A DNA stretch of 55,113 nt, taken from contig CAUZCX010000002.1 in NCBI GenBank assembly GCA_963578565.1, positions 1-55,113 on the forward strand. The letters run 5' to 3'. The DNA is from Anaerolineae bacterium (GTDB lineage: Bacteria > Chloroflexota > Anaerolineae > Anaerolineales > UBA11657). This document shows, in pieces, positions 37,270-46,726 of the stretch. The notes under the pieces are model-generated. The model saw only the letters and a program-made list of their open reading frames with translations, made no database searches and was not told the DNA's origin. The first letter of the stretch is position 1. Each line of letters starts with the position of its first letter. Position numbers and translations under genes: made by a program.

Positions 37270-38358
37270 CTAACCCTCGGGCTTGAACTGCCAGGCCAGC
37301 TGCCCAGAATCCTGGTGATAGGCCATAATTAGGTATTCTCCGTTCATCGCGGTGACGTATACTAGGCCGTCACGGGCGATGGGATCGGCAAGCAATCGGT
37401 CTGCATTATTGCTGTCCACCTGAAGTCCCCAGCGTTGGTTTCCGTTGATTGCGTCCAGTGCATACAGAAAGCCGCCGTCAGTGGCGACGAAGACAGTATC
37501 ATTGTCGAAAGCCGGGCTGCCGCGCACGGCGCTTTCTAGCGGCAAGCTCTGCCAGTGGACGCGACCGGTTTCCGCCTCCACCGCATAAACATTCCCATCC
37601 AGGTCTGCGAAGTACGCCCTGTTGCCAGAGACGGTCGGGCTGCCCCAAACCCAACCGGCTGCATCAAAGCGCCATTTCATACTACCGCTGACAGCATCTA
37701 TAGCGTAGGCATGTTTGGCTAGCGATCCGAGGTAGAGCACGCCGTTGGAAAGGTTGGGCGTATCTGCCAGCGCGCCGTCAAGCTCACGTTGCCAAAGCTG
37801 GGCTCCGCTATTAATGTCCAGAGCGATCAGGCGGTGGTCCATACCTGGCAGGTACACTCGCTTGTCATCAGCCGCCGGCGCGGCCCAGAGTTCTTCCTCT
37901 GACTGGAATGTCCACGCGGGTATTCCGGTGGAGGGCCGCAGTGCGTGCAGCGTGTTGTCGGCGGTGAAGAAGAGCAGCTGCGCGCTGGCGCTAACAGAGG
38001 TGGGCGCGGTGCCGGCGCGATTGCCAGTGGCGTCAAAGTGCCACAATTCTTGCCCGTTTTCGATCTTAACTGCAAATGCGTGTTTGCTGTCGGATCCGAG
38101 CAGCACCAAGTCTTGAAGATGTGCGGGGGCGGCATAAAGTTTACTGGCGCTGCTGTCGCCGTCGAGTGGGAACTGCCAGCGCAAACTCCCGTTTTTCGGA
38201 GACAGTGCGTAGACGGCGGTGTTGTGGGATACCATTAATGTGTCGGCGCCAAGCGTGGCGTTTGGCCATGACATCACCGGTTGCGCACCTCCGCATGCGC
38301 ACAAAAGCAGTACTACAGGAAGCGCGAACCCGTAGCAAGGTTTTATGAACCGTATCAC
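37270..38358 (-). CDS. PQQ-like eight-bladed beta-propeller lipoprotein (BamB-like fold)
   Basis: Lipobox LLLCACGG. Eight repeats of the Y-A-[LIV]-D-x-x-[TSN]-G-x-x-x-W type (for example YAVEAETGRVHWQ, YALDAINGNQRWG). The GTG start overlaps the yidD stop (GTGA). Confidence 0.8.
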   Translation of the reverse strand: MIRFIKPCYGFALPVVLLLCACGGAQPVMSWPNATLGADTLMVSHNTAVYALSPKNGSLRWQFPLDGDSSASKLYAAPAHLQDLVLLGSDSKHAFAVKIENGQELWHFDATGNRAGTAPTSVSASAQLLFFTADNTLHALRPSTGIPAWTFQSEEELWAAPAADDKRVYLPGMDHRLIALDINSGAQLWQRELDGALADTPNLSNGVLYLGSLAKHAYAIDAVSGSMKWRFDAAGWVWGSPTVSGNRAYFADLDGNVYAVEAETGRVHWQSLPLESAVRGSPAFDNDTVFVATDGGFLYALDAINGNQRWGLQVDSNNADRLLADPIARDGLVYVTAMNGEYLIMAYHQDSGQLAWQFKPEG

Positions 38359-38612
38359 GAGACGACCTCTTGGCCGGCGGCTACACCTGAATCCGCGCGT
38401 GATTCGGGAACCGGATCGTAGCCACCAGTATTAAATGGGTGACATCTCAGCACGCGTCTTACGGCGAGGGCATAACCAATTCGTGCACCGTACCTCTCGA
38501 TGGCTGTGTAGGCATAATATGAGCAGCTCGGTTGGAAGCGGCAGCTGCGCGGCAGAACCGGTGAAAGAAACCGCTGATAAAACCTAATTATGCTGAGCAC
38601 CAATTCACTCAT
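38355..38612 (-). CDS. yidD: Membrane protein insertion efficiency factor YidD
   Basis: FYQRFLSPVLPRSCRFQPSCSYYA signature. Confidence 0.9.
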   Translation of the reverse strand: MSELVLSIIRFYQRFLSPVLPRSCRFQPSCSYYAYTAIERYGARIGYALAVRRVLRCHPFNTGGYDPVPESRADSGVAAGQEVVS

Positions 38613-38615
38613 CTA

Positions 38616-38948
38616 TTATTCGCTGCGCAACAAATTGGCTCTTGACAGCAGCTCAGTTATTGCTTTGCTAAGAGCTGACATGCTGCAATCCAGGATGGGC
38701 TTTCGGGCTATAAACACCAGATCCCATCCCGGGGCAAGAATGGTGCTCTTGGGTCGCAATTGCGCGCGCAGCCGGCGCTTGGCGCGGTTGCGTTGCACAG
38801 CCCCGCCCACGTTTTTGCTGGCTACGAAGCCGAGGCGGGTGTGAGCCAATTGATTGCCGCTTGCCAGCAATACAGTTAGCGGGTGTGCCCACGATTTTCC
38901 TGTGCGCCGCACGTGCTGGAAATCGCTGCGAGCACGCAGCCGGATCAT
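38616..38948 (-). CDS. rnpA: Ribonuclease P protein component
   Basis: 110 aa, basic. VGGAVQRNRAKRRLR (RNR motif). Downstream of rpmH. Confidence 0.88.
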   Translation of the reverse strand: MIRLRARSDFQHVRRTGKSWAHPLTVLLASGNQLAHTRLGFVASKNVGGAVQRNRAKRRLRAQLRPKSTILAPGWDLVFIARKPILDCSMSALSKAITELLSRANLLRSE

Positions 38949-38969
38949 GATCGTGTTTCTCTCGCAGCA

Positions 38970-39185
38970 TTATCTCCGCTTTTTCTTGCGGGAGGAGCTG
39001 CCACTTTTTGTGCCGTTCCAGTTCACACGCGGTTTCACGTGCACGCGCTGGGGCGCAAGCACGCTGCGGCCCTTGCGACGTCGGGATTGCAGCACGTTGC
39101 GTCCTCCTGCCGTGCTCATCCGTTTGCGGAATCCATGCACGCGTGCGCGGCGGCGAATCTTCGGCTGATAGGTTCTTTTCGGCAT
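38970..39185 (-). CDS. rpmH: 50S ribosomal protein L34, with an unusual basic C-terminal extension of about 25 aa
   Basis: [40 protein letters not shown] is a canonical L34. The ORF then continues ...[31 protein letters not shown]. Confidence 0.88.
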   Translation of the reverse strand: MPKRTYQPKIRRRARVHGFRKRMSTAGGRNVLQSRRRKGRSVLAPQRVHVKPRVNWNGTKSGSSSRKKKRR

Positions 39186-39287
39186 CAGATGTCCTCACAC
39201 AAAAGTGCGGCTCGACGCACCATCCTCCTGACGGCGTCGGCCGCGGGAAATTATCACAGGCTGCTGGTTACATCTGCAGCGTGCTAG

Positions 39288-39316
39288 ATTATACCTGAGA
39301 CCAGTTGGTCGGTCAA
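39288..39316 (-). promoter_or_regulatory. Near-consensus sigma70 promoter (TTGACC - 17 bp - TATAAT) for the rpmH operon
   Basis: Hexamers and spacer read directly on the - strand. The -10 box lies about 100 nt upstream of the rpmH ATG. Confidence 0.5.
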
Positions 39317-39335
39317 ACTTAGGCAGGCGCAACCA

Positions 39336-40532
39336 TTAGTCGCTGTCATCAGGTCGGGTGGGAGTGGGGTCAAGATGGGCAGTGGGTGCTGGCTCGAGGG
39401 TTTCTCGGACGATGCGTATTTCGCGCTGTGGGAAAGGTATCAGGATGTCGGCCGCACGTAGCGCTTTGTACACAGCTGTGTTTACCCGGTCGAACATCCG
39501 GCGCGTTTCAGCGAAAGTCTCAATCCACCAGCGCAACCGGAAGATTAGTGCTGAGTCTCCAAAATTAAGGAAAAGTGCATCTACCGGTCGATCGGGAATC
39601 ACGCCCTGCACTCCTCGAATTGCCCTCACTAGCGTCTCCCGCGCAATATCCAGGTCGGTTCCATAGGCAACGCCCACTTCCATTTCAATGCGGTAGAAGG
39701 TGTCTGGGAAAGAATGATTGACGACAAGACTCTTCTCAATTACCGAGTTCGGCACGATGACTGTGCGGTTGTCCTGAGTGTGAATACGCGTGCTGCGCAG
39801 GCCGATGTCCACCACATCTCCCCATGTGTTCAGGTCCCGGATTTCGATGCGGTCCCCGATGCGGAACGGGCGGTCAATCATGATGAGAATCCCACTGATG
39901 GTGTCCGACAGGGCCGCCTGGGCAGCCAGCGCAATCGCTAGTGTGGCGATGCCGAGGGAGGCCACCAGCGCGCTCACATCGATGTTGAAGCGCTCAAACA
40001 GGATTATCAGCGCGATGCCTCCTAGTATCGCGAGAACCAGCCTCCGGAGCAACGGAAATGCCTGCGTTGCAAGTTTTTTGTCGGCTCGGTCAGCGCGGTT
40101 TTCGGAATACCAGCTGAAGACGACGGTGACCAACCTCCAGACGATAACCACTGCCAGCGATAGATATGCCACAAAAAAGTACTGACCAAGAACAGGAAGC
40201 ATCGCCGGCGGCATGAAAGTGAGCCGGATGAGCGCCCAGTGAGCGGCGGCTACAACCATAAGCACATACAACGGTCTGCTCGCCGCAGGCAGCAGGACGT
40301 CATCCAGTGTGGTCTCCGTGCGCCCGATGATGCCATGCACGATGCGGCCCAGCCCTGCACTCATCAGTTTGCGCCCGACAGTCGGCACCAGCAATAGCAC
40401 CAGAACCGAAAGCCCGATGTTCAGCCACTGGCTGGCGTCAAGTCTCAATAAATCCATGAAATACCTGTTGTACGTACGCTTCCACAGTGCCGTTATTATA
40501 ACGGAAAAGACCGCCAGACCAAAGCGTGTCAT
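39336..40532 (-). CDS. Mechanosensitive ion channel, MscS family
   Basis: N-terminal TMs, then the MscS beta-domain motif IDRPFRIGDRIEIRDLNTWGDVVDIGLRSTRI. The start could instead be the internal ATG (MDLLRLD...). Confidence 0.8.
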   Translation of the reverse strand: MTRFGLAVFSVIITALWKRTYNRYFMDLLRLDASQWLNIGLSVLVLLLVPTVGRKLMSAGLGRIVHGIIGRTETTLDDVLLPAASRPLYVLMVVAAAHWALIRLTFMPPAMLPVLGQYFFVAYLSLAVVIVWRLVTVVFSWYSENRADRADKKLATQAFPLLRRLVLAILGGIALIILFERFNIDVSALVASLGIATLAIALAAQAALSDTISGILIMIDRPFRIGDRIEIRDLNTWGDVVDIGLRSTRIHTQDNRTVIVPNSVIEKSLVVNHSFPDTFYRIEMEVGVAYGTDLDIARETLVRAIRGVQGVIPDRPVDALFLNFGDSALIFRLRWWIETFAETRRMFDRVNTAVYKALRAADILIPFPQREIRIVRETLEPAPTAHLDPTPTRPDDSD

Positions 40533-40565
40533 CTATCCGATTTATTGGTTATGGTTTGTGCGCGC

Positions 40566-40580
40566 GACTGTGACGCAGTC
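40566..40580. promoter_or_regulatory. Palindrome GACTG-N5-CAGTC just upstream of arsR-family gene, a candidate operator
   Basis: 5-bp arms read directly. Lies in the mscS/arsR divergent intergenic region next to a TAGTAT -10-like hexamer. Short, so it could be chance. Confidence 0.2.
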
Positions 40581-40594
40581 ATAGTATTATAGGG

Positions 40595-40963
40595 TTGATG
40601 GTTTCGACGAAATCCAGCTACCGCTGTGCAGTCACGGCGATTGATGCTCAAAAAGTGCTCCGAGCGCAAGAAGATCTGCTCGACGGCCTAACAGCAACTC
40701 GACTGTCAGCGATGTTCAAGGCACTATCTGACCCCAACCGGTTGCGTATAGTATCCCTGCTGGCGCATCACGAGTTGTGCGTCTGTGATGTGGCTGCCGC
40801 TCTGGGTATGACCCAGAGCGCGGTCTCGCACCAGTTGCGCCAGATGCGCGAAATCCGACTGGTGCGCAAGCGCCGTGAAGGCCGCATGATGTACTATTCG
40901 CTCGATGATGAGCATGTTCACGACCTCTATGACCGTGGCGTGCTGCATGTCGAACATGAATAA
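40595..40963 (+). CDS. ArsR/SmtB-family metal-sensing transcriptional repressor
   Basis: LSDPNRLRIVSLLAHHELCVCDVAAALGMTQSAVSHQLRQM (CVC metal site plus wHTH). Confidence 0.88.
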   Translation: MMVSTKSSYRCAVTAIDAQKVLRAQEDLLDGLTATRLSAMFKALSDPNRLRIVSLLAHHELCVCDVAAALGMTQSAVSHQLRQMREIRLVRKRREGRMMYYSLDDEHVHDLYDRGVLHVEHE

Positions 40964-40993
40964 GTTTGCTATAGCTACAACCGGAGAAATTCA

Positions 40994-42370
40994 ATGACTG
41001 AAATCCAGGCTACTATGGATTACATCCGTGCCCATCAGGCACAGGCGGTCCAGAGCGTAATCGAGCTATGCTCCATTCCAAGCATTTCAACTCTTTCGGC
41101 CCACAAACCTGATATGGAGAGAGCTGCGGCATGGGTCGCTGACAGAATGGGCTCTGCCGGGATGGATAAGGTGCGTGTGCTGCCCACCGGCGGACACCCG
41201 GTCGTATACGGCGAGAAACTTGGCGCGCATGGGCAGCCAACCGTTCTACTTTACGGTCATTATGATGTGCAACCCGCTGACCCGATTGACGAGTGGGATT
41301 CACCTGCCTTCGACCCTTCCGGACGCGGAGAGAATCTATACGCGCGTGGAGCATCAGACATGAAGGGTCAGATTGCGGCTGTCTTTGCAGCGATGCAGGC
41401 CTGGACTCAGGCCGGCGATGGGCTGCCAGTGAACATCAAGATGATGATTGAGGGTGAGGAAGAAGTGGGTTCGCCCAACCTGGCCGCTTTTGTCAAAGAG
41501 CACAGCGAAATGCTGGCGGCTGACTTTTGCATGAATGCGGACTCTGGTATCGGAATGGCCGACAACCCGTCGATTGTGTACGGTTTACGGGGGCTGGCGT
41601 ATTTCGAGCTGTGGGTGCATGGTCCCAAATCTGATTTGCATTCAGGTATGTTCGGGGGTGCAGTACACAATCCTGCTAACGTGCTCTGTGAATTGATAGC
41701 GGGTATGCATGGGGTCGATGGGCGCATAACCTTGCCTTTGTGCTATGACAAAGTGCAACCGCTTAGTGATGGTGAAAGGGCCTCTTTGGCTAAGTTGTCT
41801 TATGATGAAGATGCGGTGCGTACAAGCGCGGCCAACCCACCGGCTCTTTTTGGGGAGAAGGGTTTCTCAACTATCGAGCGTATTGGAGCGCGCCCTGCTC
41901 TGGACGTTAACGGGTTGTATTCGGGTTTCATAGGGGAGGGAAGTAAGACTGTGCTTCCGGCTAAAGCTATGGCCAAACTATCTATGCGCTTGGTACCCGA
42001 TCAGGATCCGTCAGAAATAGCGCGGGGATTACGTACTTATCTGCAGGAACACGCGCCTGAGTCGGTGAGCTGGGAATTGCATGAGCTAGCACATGCCAAG
42101 CCGATGGTGGTTAATTTGGATTTCGTCGGTGTGCGTGCTGCCGAAATGGCGCTGGAAACCGTGTTCGGTGTGCCGCCGACATTCATGCGTCACGGCGGCA
42201 CCGTTCCGGCAGTGAGTATATTCAGTGATTTACTTGGCGTGGATACCGTGAATCTCGGTTTTGCCCTCGATGACGATGGAATCCACGGGCCGAATGAGAA
42301 GCTTCATCTACCAACTTTTCATCGCGGTGTGGAAACCTACGCACATTTTTTTGGGAACTTGATAACCTGA
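40994..42370 (+). CDS. M20-family dipeptidase / metallopeptidase
   Basis: 458 aa. LLYGHYDVQPADP, ARGASDMKG, MIEGEEEVGS. Confidence 0.82.
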   Translation: MTEIQATMDYIRAHQAQAVQSVIELCSIPSISTLSAHKPDMERAAAWVADRMGSAGMDKVRVLPTGGHPVVYGEKLGAHGQPTVLLYGHYDVQPADPIDEWDSPAFDPSGRGENLYARGASDMKGQIAAVFAAMQAWTQAGDGLPVNIKMMIEGEEEVGSPNLAAFVKEHSEMLAADFCMNADSGIGMADNPSIVYGLRGLAYFELWVHGPKSDLHSGMFGGAVHNPANVLCELIAGMHGVDGRITLPLCYDKVQPLSDGERASLAKLSYDEDAVRTSAANPPALFGEKGFSTIERIGARPALDVNGLYSGFIGEGSKTVLPAKAMAKLSMRLVPDQDPSEIARGLRTYLQEHAPESVSWELHELAHAKPMVVNLDFVGVRAAEMALETVFGVPPTFMRHGGTVPAVSIFSDLLGVDTVNLGFALDDDGIHGPNEKLHLPTFHRGVETYAHFFGNLIT

Positions 42371-42473
42371 TTGACACGTATTGCGCGCAGCCGCTGTCCG
42401 TAGGCATAGCGCTGGTATCCCGGCAGAGCGGTGCTGGGCCCGGATGCTATAATCACTTCTGGTAGGACATATT

Positions 42474-43376
42474 TTGAAGTTGTCAATCCCATTTTTTCGG
42501 TCGCGTACGGAGGGTGACAGGCAGCAAGCTGCTGAGCGCTGGGTGCAGGTTGGTAGGGCAGCCGATCACTCTCCTACCATAGGCATACCCCCTTTTTTGG
42601 TGGGGCACGCGCAGAGCGTTGGTCTGGTGCGTACTCAGAATGAGGACGCGCTTTTTGCTCTCACCGGCACTCTAGTGGCTGCTAGTAATGCGACTGATTT
42701 TGGTGTTTTTCTCGTGGCGGATGGTATGGGCGGTCACTGGAATGGGGACCGCGCCAGCGCAATAGCGGCTCAGTCGGTGGCTCGGGTAATTGGAGGACAC
42801 GTGTTTTCTGGTTTCATGGAGGAAACGTTGGATGCCACGGATACGGGGGGGTTTGAGCTGTTGATGCAGACCGCGCTCAGAACATGTAACTCAAACGTGG
42901 CGGCCGCTGTGCCAGCTGGAGGCACCACTCTGACCGCTGCACTGTTGGTGGGTGGGCGTGCGGTTGTTGGACATGTCGGCGACAGCCGGGCTTATCTGAT
43001 AGAAGCGGATGACATGTCTCAGATTACTGCTGATCATTCTCTAGTGCAGCGGATGCAGGATTTGGGTGAAATCACTGCTGCACAGGCGGAGATACACCCG
43101 CAGCGCAATGTGTTGCTACGAGCGGTTGGGCAGGGAGATGGGCTGCAGGCGGATGTCACCACGCATTCCGTGCATACGGGTGCGGGGTTGCTGCTCTGTT
43201 CCGACGGCCTGTGGGGGTCGCTTGATGATGCACACATGCTCGAGATAATCTCAAAGAGCGAGGATGTGCAACTTGCGTGCGAGTGTCTGGTTCAAGCGGC
43301 AAATCGGGCCGGAGGGCGTGACAATATCACCGCGATACTTGTTCAATACAACCATAGTGTCAATGACCAACCCTGA
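42474..43376 (+). CDS. PP2C-family Ser/Thr protein phosphatase
   Basis: [45 protein letters not shown] start, so the exact start is uncertain. Confidence 0.85.
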   Translation: MKLSIPFFRSRTEGDRQQAAERWVQVGRAADHSPTIGIPPFLVGHAQSVGLVRTQNEDALFALTGTLVAASNATDFGVFLVADGMGGHWNGDRASAIAAQSVARVIGGHVFSGFMEETLDATDTGGFELLMQTALRTCNSNVAAAVPAGGTTLTAALLVGGRAVVGHVGDSRAYLIEADDMSQITADHSLVQRMQDLGEITAAQAEIHPQRNVLLRAVGQGDGLQADVTTHSVHTGAGLLLCSDGLWGSLDDAHMLEIISKSEDVQLACECLVQAANRAGGRDNITAILVQYNHSVNDQP

Positions 43377-44106
43377 ACTGTCTCGCCCGGCGCGCCGCAT
43401 CCTTGTGGTGGATGACGAGCAACGCATGATCCGGTTCATCCGTATGAACCTGGATCTGGAAGGCTTCTCGGTGCACGAGGCGTTTGACGGTAAAGACGCG
43501 CTCAACCAGGTTCGTAAAGTGATGCCGGACCTGGTTATATTAGACGTGATGATGCCAAAGATGGATGGCTTCGAGACACTTGCGTTGCTGCGCGAAACAT
43601 CGAATGTGCCGGTAATCATGCTGACGGTGCGCGGGGATGAAGATGACCGCGTGCGTGGACTGGAGCTAGGCGCTGATGATTATGTTGCCAAGCCGTTCAG
43701 CCCACGTGAACTAGTCAGTCGGGTGCGCGCAGTGCTGCGGCGGGTGGAGCCACCGGAGGGCGCAGGCGGAGAACCAATAGAAGTAGATGAGCGCCTGCGC
43801 ATTGATTTCGACCGCCGCGAGGTGTCTGTGGATGGCGAACTGGTAAAATTACGGCCGACGGAATATCGTCTGCTCTATCATCTGGTTCAGAACGCTGGCT
43901 GGGTGGTGCCGCACGATCAGCTGCTGGCAAAAGTGTGGGGTTACGAGTACCAGACCGAAACACACTATCTGCGCCTGTATGTCAATTACCTGAGAGAAAA
44001 ATTGGAGAAGGACCGGCGCGATCCACAATACATACTCACTGAGCGTGGGGTGGGCTATCGCTTCGTGGATTATAAGCGCCTGCGTGATGCCGCTTCCGAT
44101 GAATGA
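43363..44106 (+). CDS. OmpR/PhoB-family response regulator
   Basis: Start placed at ATG 43363 (MTNPELS...). Receiver domain has [19 protein letters not shown] and AKPF. Winged-helix C-terminus has TERGVGYRF. Overlaps the PP2C gene by 14 nt. Confidence 0.9.
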   Translation: MTNPELSRPARRILVVDDEQRMIRFIRMNLDLEGFSVHEAFDGKDALNQVRKVMPDLVILDVMMPKMDGFETLALLRETSNVPVIMLTVRGDEDDRVRGLELGADDYVAKPFSPRELVSRVRAVLRRVEPPEGAGGEPIEVDERLRIDFDRREVSVDGELVKLRPTEYRLLYHLVQNAGWVVPHDQLLAKVWGYEYQTETHYLRLYVNYLREKLEKDRRDPQYILTERGVGYRFVDYKRLRDAASDE

Positions 44107-44141
44107 GTGTGGGGCAAACTCGGCGGGCACTTCTGCCGCGG

Positions 44142-45200
44142 CTATGCTCCATCCCTACTGAGACGATCCAGAATCGTGCGCAGCACTACAATACTGCGCT
44201 GAAACTCCACCAACGAAATATGTTCCTCCGGCGTGTGATCGAGGCTAGAATCGCCCGGGCCATATGCAATAGTTGGGCAACTCCAAGCCGGCGCGACCAT
44301 ATTCATATCGGAAGTTCCGGTTTTTACCACGAAATGCGGCTTACCACCCTCGGCACGGATTGCGGAAAGCGCAGCGCGCACTAGCGCGGTGTTTTTTGGG
44401 GCGCGATAAGCCGGCACGGCTGCGGGCAGTGCCTCGACCTTAATTCTAGGGCCAATCAGCTGTCGCACCTTTGAGTGTATCTCTGGTACTGCCAATCCCT
44501 CCGGTAATCGGAGGGTCACTCGTAACTGAGCACGCTCGTGGAGACCGTCGCTCTCGGATTGCATTGTGCGAAGTGTGGGTGTTACCTGGTCGAACACTCG
44601 CGAGCGACCCGCATTATAATCTCGTGTCCACCCCACGAGCGCATCCCAAACGGAGATTGCGATCTCGCATGCGTTGGCCTTGTCGCTTGCTGGGTGAGCC
44701 GTGTCAGTCTCCGCCGTGAGTGTATATGTAACCCAGCCTTTGTAGCCAAGCGTTACTCGGTCCCATCCACTAGGCTCGCCGATGATGAGGGCATCAGGCA
44801 CTGGGAAATGGTCTCGAAGGTGGGTCGCACCTGCGGAATCACCTTCCTCGTGAACCGCGCCGATAACAGTGACCTGGAGATGTGGTAGTGCCCCCAGCGC
44901 TGCCACAGCGACGAACGCTGCGAGCGGGCCTTTGGCATCAACTGCGCCTCGTCCAAAAAGCAAGTTTCCCTGCTTGCGCACAGGGATTTCTCCCGGTGCG
45001 GTGTCTATGTGTCCCAGCAGAAGCACGTGCAGCTCTCCAGAGCCTATGCGCCCGATTGCGCTGCCGACCGGGTCAATCTCGACTTCAAGGCCGGCTGCGC
45101 CCATCTGCTCAGCCAGATAGCGCACAGCTTCGCCTTCGGAGTTGGTGGGGCTGTATATTTTCAGCAGGCCGGTGAGCAGTGATTCTTCGTTAATGATAAT
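44142..45200 (-). CDS. lysK: [LysW]-lysine hydrolase LysK (M20 family, ArgE-like)
   Basis: LLLGHIDTAPGE, GRGAVDAKG, HEEGDS. Last gene of the lys operon. The conserved-looking N-terminus (INEESLLTGLLKIYSPTNSEGEAV) lies upstream of the only canonical start (GTG 45125), so I extend the gene to ATT 45200 (ATC 45197 and ATT 45194 are alternatives). Confidence 0.75.
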   Translation of the reverse strand: MIINEESLLTGLLKIYSPTNSEGEAVRYLAEQMGAAGLEVEIDPVGSAIGRIGSGELHVLLLGHIDTAPGEIPVRKQGNLLFGRGAVDAKGPLAAFVAVAALGALPHLQVTVIGAVHEEGDSAGATHLRDHFPVPDALIIGEPSGWDRVTLGYKGWVTYTLTAETDTAHPASDKANACEIAISVWDALVGWTRDYNAGRSRVFDQVTPTLRTMQSESDGLHERAQLRVTLRLPEGLAVPEIHSKVRQLIGPRIKVEALPAAVPAYRAPKNTALVRAALSAIRAEGGKPHFVVKTGTSDMNMVAPAWSCPTIAYGPGDSSLDHTPEEHISLVEFQRSIVVLRTILDRLSRDGA

Positions 45201-46213
45201 CTCTCTTTCAGTGCTGCGAGCACATCTGCAGTCGTTGCCGTGCCGCCCAGATCCGGGGTGCAGATTCCGGATGCCAGTGTGGCGGTTAATGCTTCGCGCA
45301 TCTGGTTGGCCTCCACGGTATGGCCCAGGTAGGAAAGGGCCATACCCAAACTGAGAATAGCGGCGGTTGGGTTTGCGATGCCTTTTCCGACTATATCAGG
45401 TGCGGAACCATGCACCGGTTCGAACACCGCGTGATTTTCCCCAATGTTTGCCGAGGGCGCAACCCCCATCCCGCCCACCAGAGCGCTGGCGAGGTCGGAG
45501 AGGATGTCACCGTACAAATTGGGCGCGACGATTACGTCGAAGCGTTCGGGCATGCGCACCAGATCATGGGCGAGCGTATCGACCAACCTCTCTTCTATTT
45601 GTACTCTCGGTGCGTGATCTTCCGTGGTCTCGCGTACCACTTTTCGAAACAGATCATCAGAAAGGGTGAGCACGTTGGCTTTGTGGGCAATGGTGAGCAT
45701 CCCGCGGCGCTTCAGTGCGTGCTCAGCGGCCACCCGTGCGATGCGCTCGCAGGCGAGCCGTGTGATGCTGCGCTCTGCGATTGCTGTGTCGGCGTCCTGC
45801 CAGCGTTCACGGCGGATGTAAAGGCCTTCGGTGTTTTCGCGCACTATCAGGATATCAATGTTAGCGCGCGAAGCTCTCACTGGCAGCGAGTACGCCGGTC
45901 GGAGGTTGGCGTACAGGTTCAGTTCCTGTCGTAAATCAAGTATCGGGCTGCGATATCCGGGTGCCCCCCCGCTGGGCGAGCTGGTCGCTCCAAAGAGCGC
46001 CACGGTGCATCGTTTGATTGCAGTCAGTGTGTTTTGTGGCAGCGCGCTGCCAGTTTCTTGGAAGCATCCCCATCCGGCCAGATGGGTTTCCGTAGTTATG
46101 CCAAGGTCGAGCGCGTCAAGGATTTCAGCGGCAGCGGGGATAACTTCGGCGCCGATGCCGTCGCCGGGGAGCAGGCAGATGGTGGTCATATGTTTTTGGA
46201 CATGTGAGATCAC
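45161..46213 (-). CDS. Homoisocitrate dehydrogenase (isocitrate/isopropylmalate dehydrogenase family)
   Basis: LLPGDGIGAEV, NLYGDILSDLAS. The homoisocitrate assignment rests on operon context. Confidence 0.78.
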   Translation of the reverse strand: MISHVQKHMTTICLLPGDGIGAEVIPAAAEILDALDLGITTETHLAGWGCFQETGSALPQNTLTAIKRCTVALFGATSSPSGGAPGYRSPILDLRQELNLYANLRPAYSLPVRASRANIDILIVRENTEGLYIRRERWQDADTAIAERSITRLACERIARVAAEHALKRRGMLTIAHKANVLTLSDDLFRKVVRETTEDHAPRVQIEERLVDTLAHDLVRMPERFDVIVAPNLYGDILSDLASALVGGMGVAPSANIGENHAVFEPVHGSAPDIVGKGIANPTAAILSLGMALSYLGHTVEANQMREALTATLASGICTPDLGGTATTADVLAALKERLSLTKNHCSPAC

Positions 46214-46216
46214 GTT

Positions 46217-46726
46217 TTACGTTTCCGACTTTGTTCTGTCATGTAGCTTGTTCTGCACAAAAGCTACCAATCCCCCCGCCGCCAGAATCGCCTGCGCGGT
46301 TTCTGAGAAGGGCGCGAAAGGGAAAACGTGTCCCTTCAGGGTGATGGTGTACTTTTGCATGTCCAGTATGACGGGTGCACCATGCTGGGCGGCGGCGATT
46401 GCCTGAGGGCAGATTATTGCAGGCAAGCCGTTGTTGATGGCGTTGCGGTACCATATGCGCGCGAAGCTGACTGCAATGACCGCGCCTACACCGGTTGCCA
46501 CTAGACAGGTGACGGCCTGCTCACGCGAGCTGCCGTTGCCGAAGTTCTTTCCGGCTACGATTATGTCACCCGGTTGTACATTGGCGGCGAAATGAGCGTC
46601 CAGATCTTCAAGTGCGTGGGTTGCCATCTCCGTCTGATCGCGGAGCGTGTAGGTATATTTGCCGGGGAATATTACGTCGGTGTTGATGTCATCTCCATAT
46701 TTCCACACCCGTGGCCGTGTACTCAT
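46217..46726 (-). CDS. hacB: Homoaconitase small subunit (LeuD-like)
   Basis: 169 aa. [28 protein letters not shown]. Assigned from context. Confidence 0.8.
   Translation of the reverse strand: MSTRPRVWKYGDDINTDVIFPGKYTYTLRDQTEMATHALEDLDAHFAANVQPGDIIVAGKNFGNGSSREQAVTCLVATGVGAVIAVSFARIWYRNAINNGLPAIICPQAIAAAQHGAPVILDMQKYTITLKGHVFPFAPFSETAQAILAAGGLVAFVQNKLHDRTKSET

Noticed and set aside
39186-39335. Possible oriC / DnaA boxes next to rpmH
   Set aside because: No dnaA gene is in the window, and only one degenerate TTATC-ACA-like string is present. The spacer is explained by a near-consensus promoter for rpmH.
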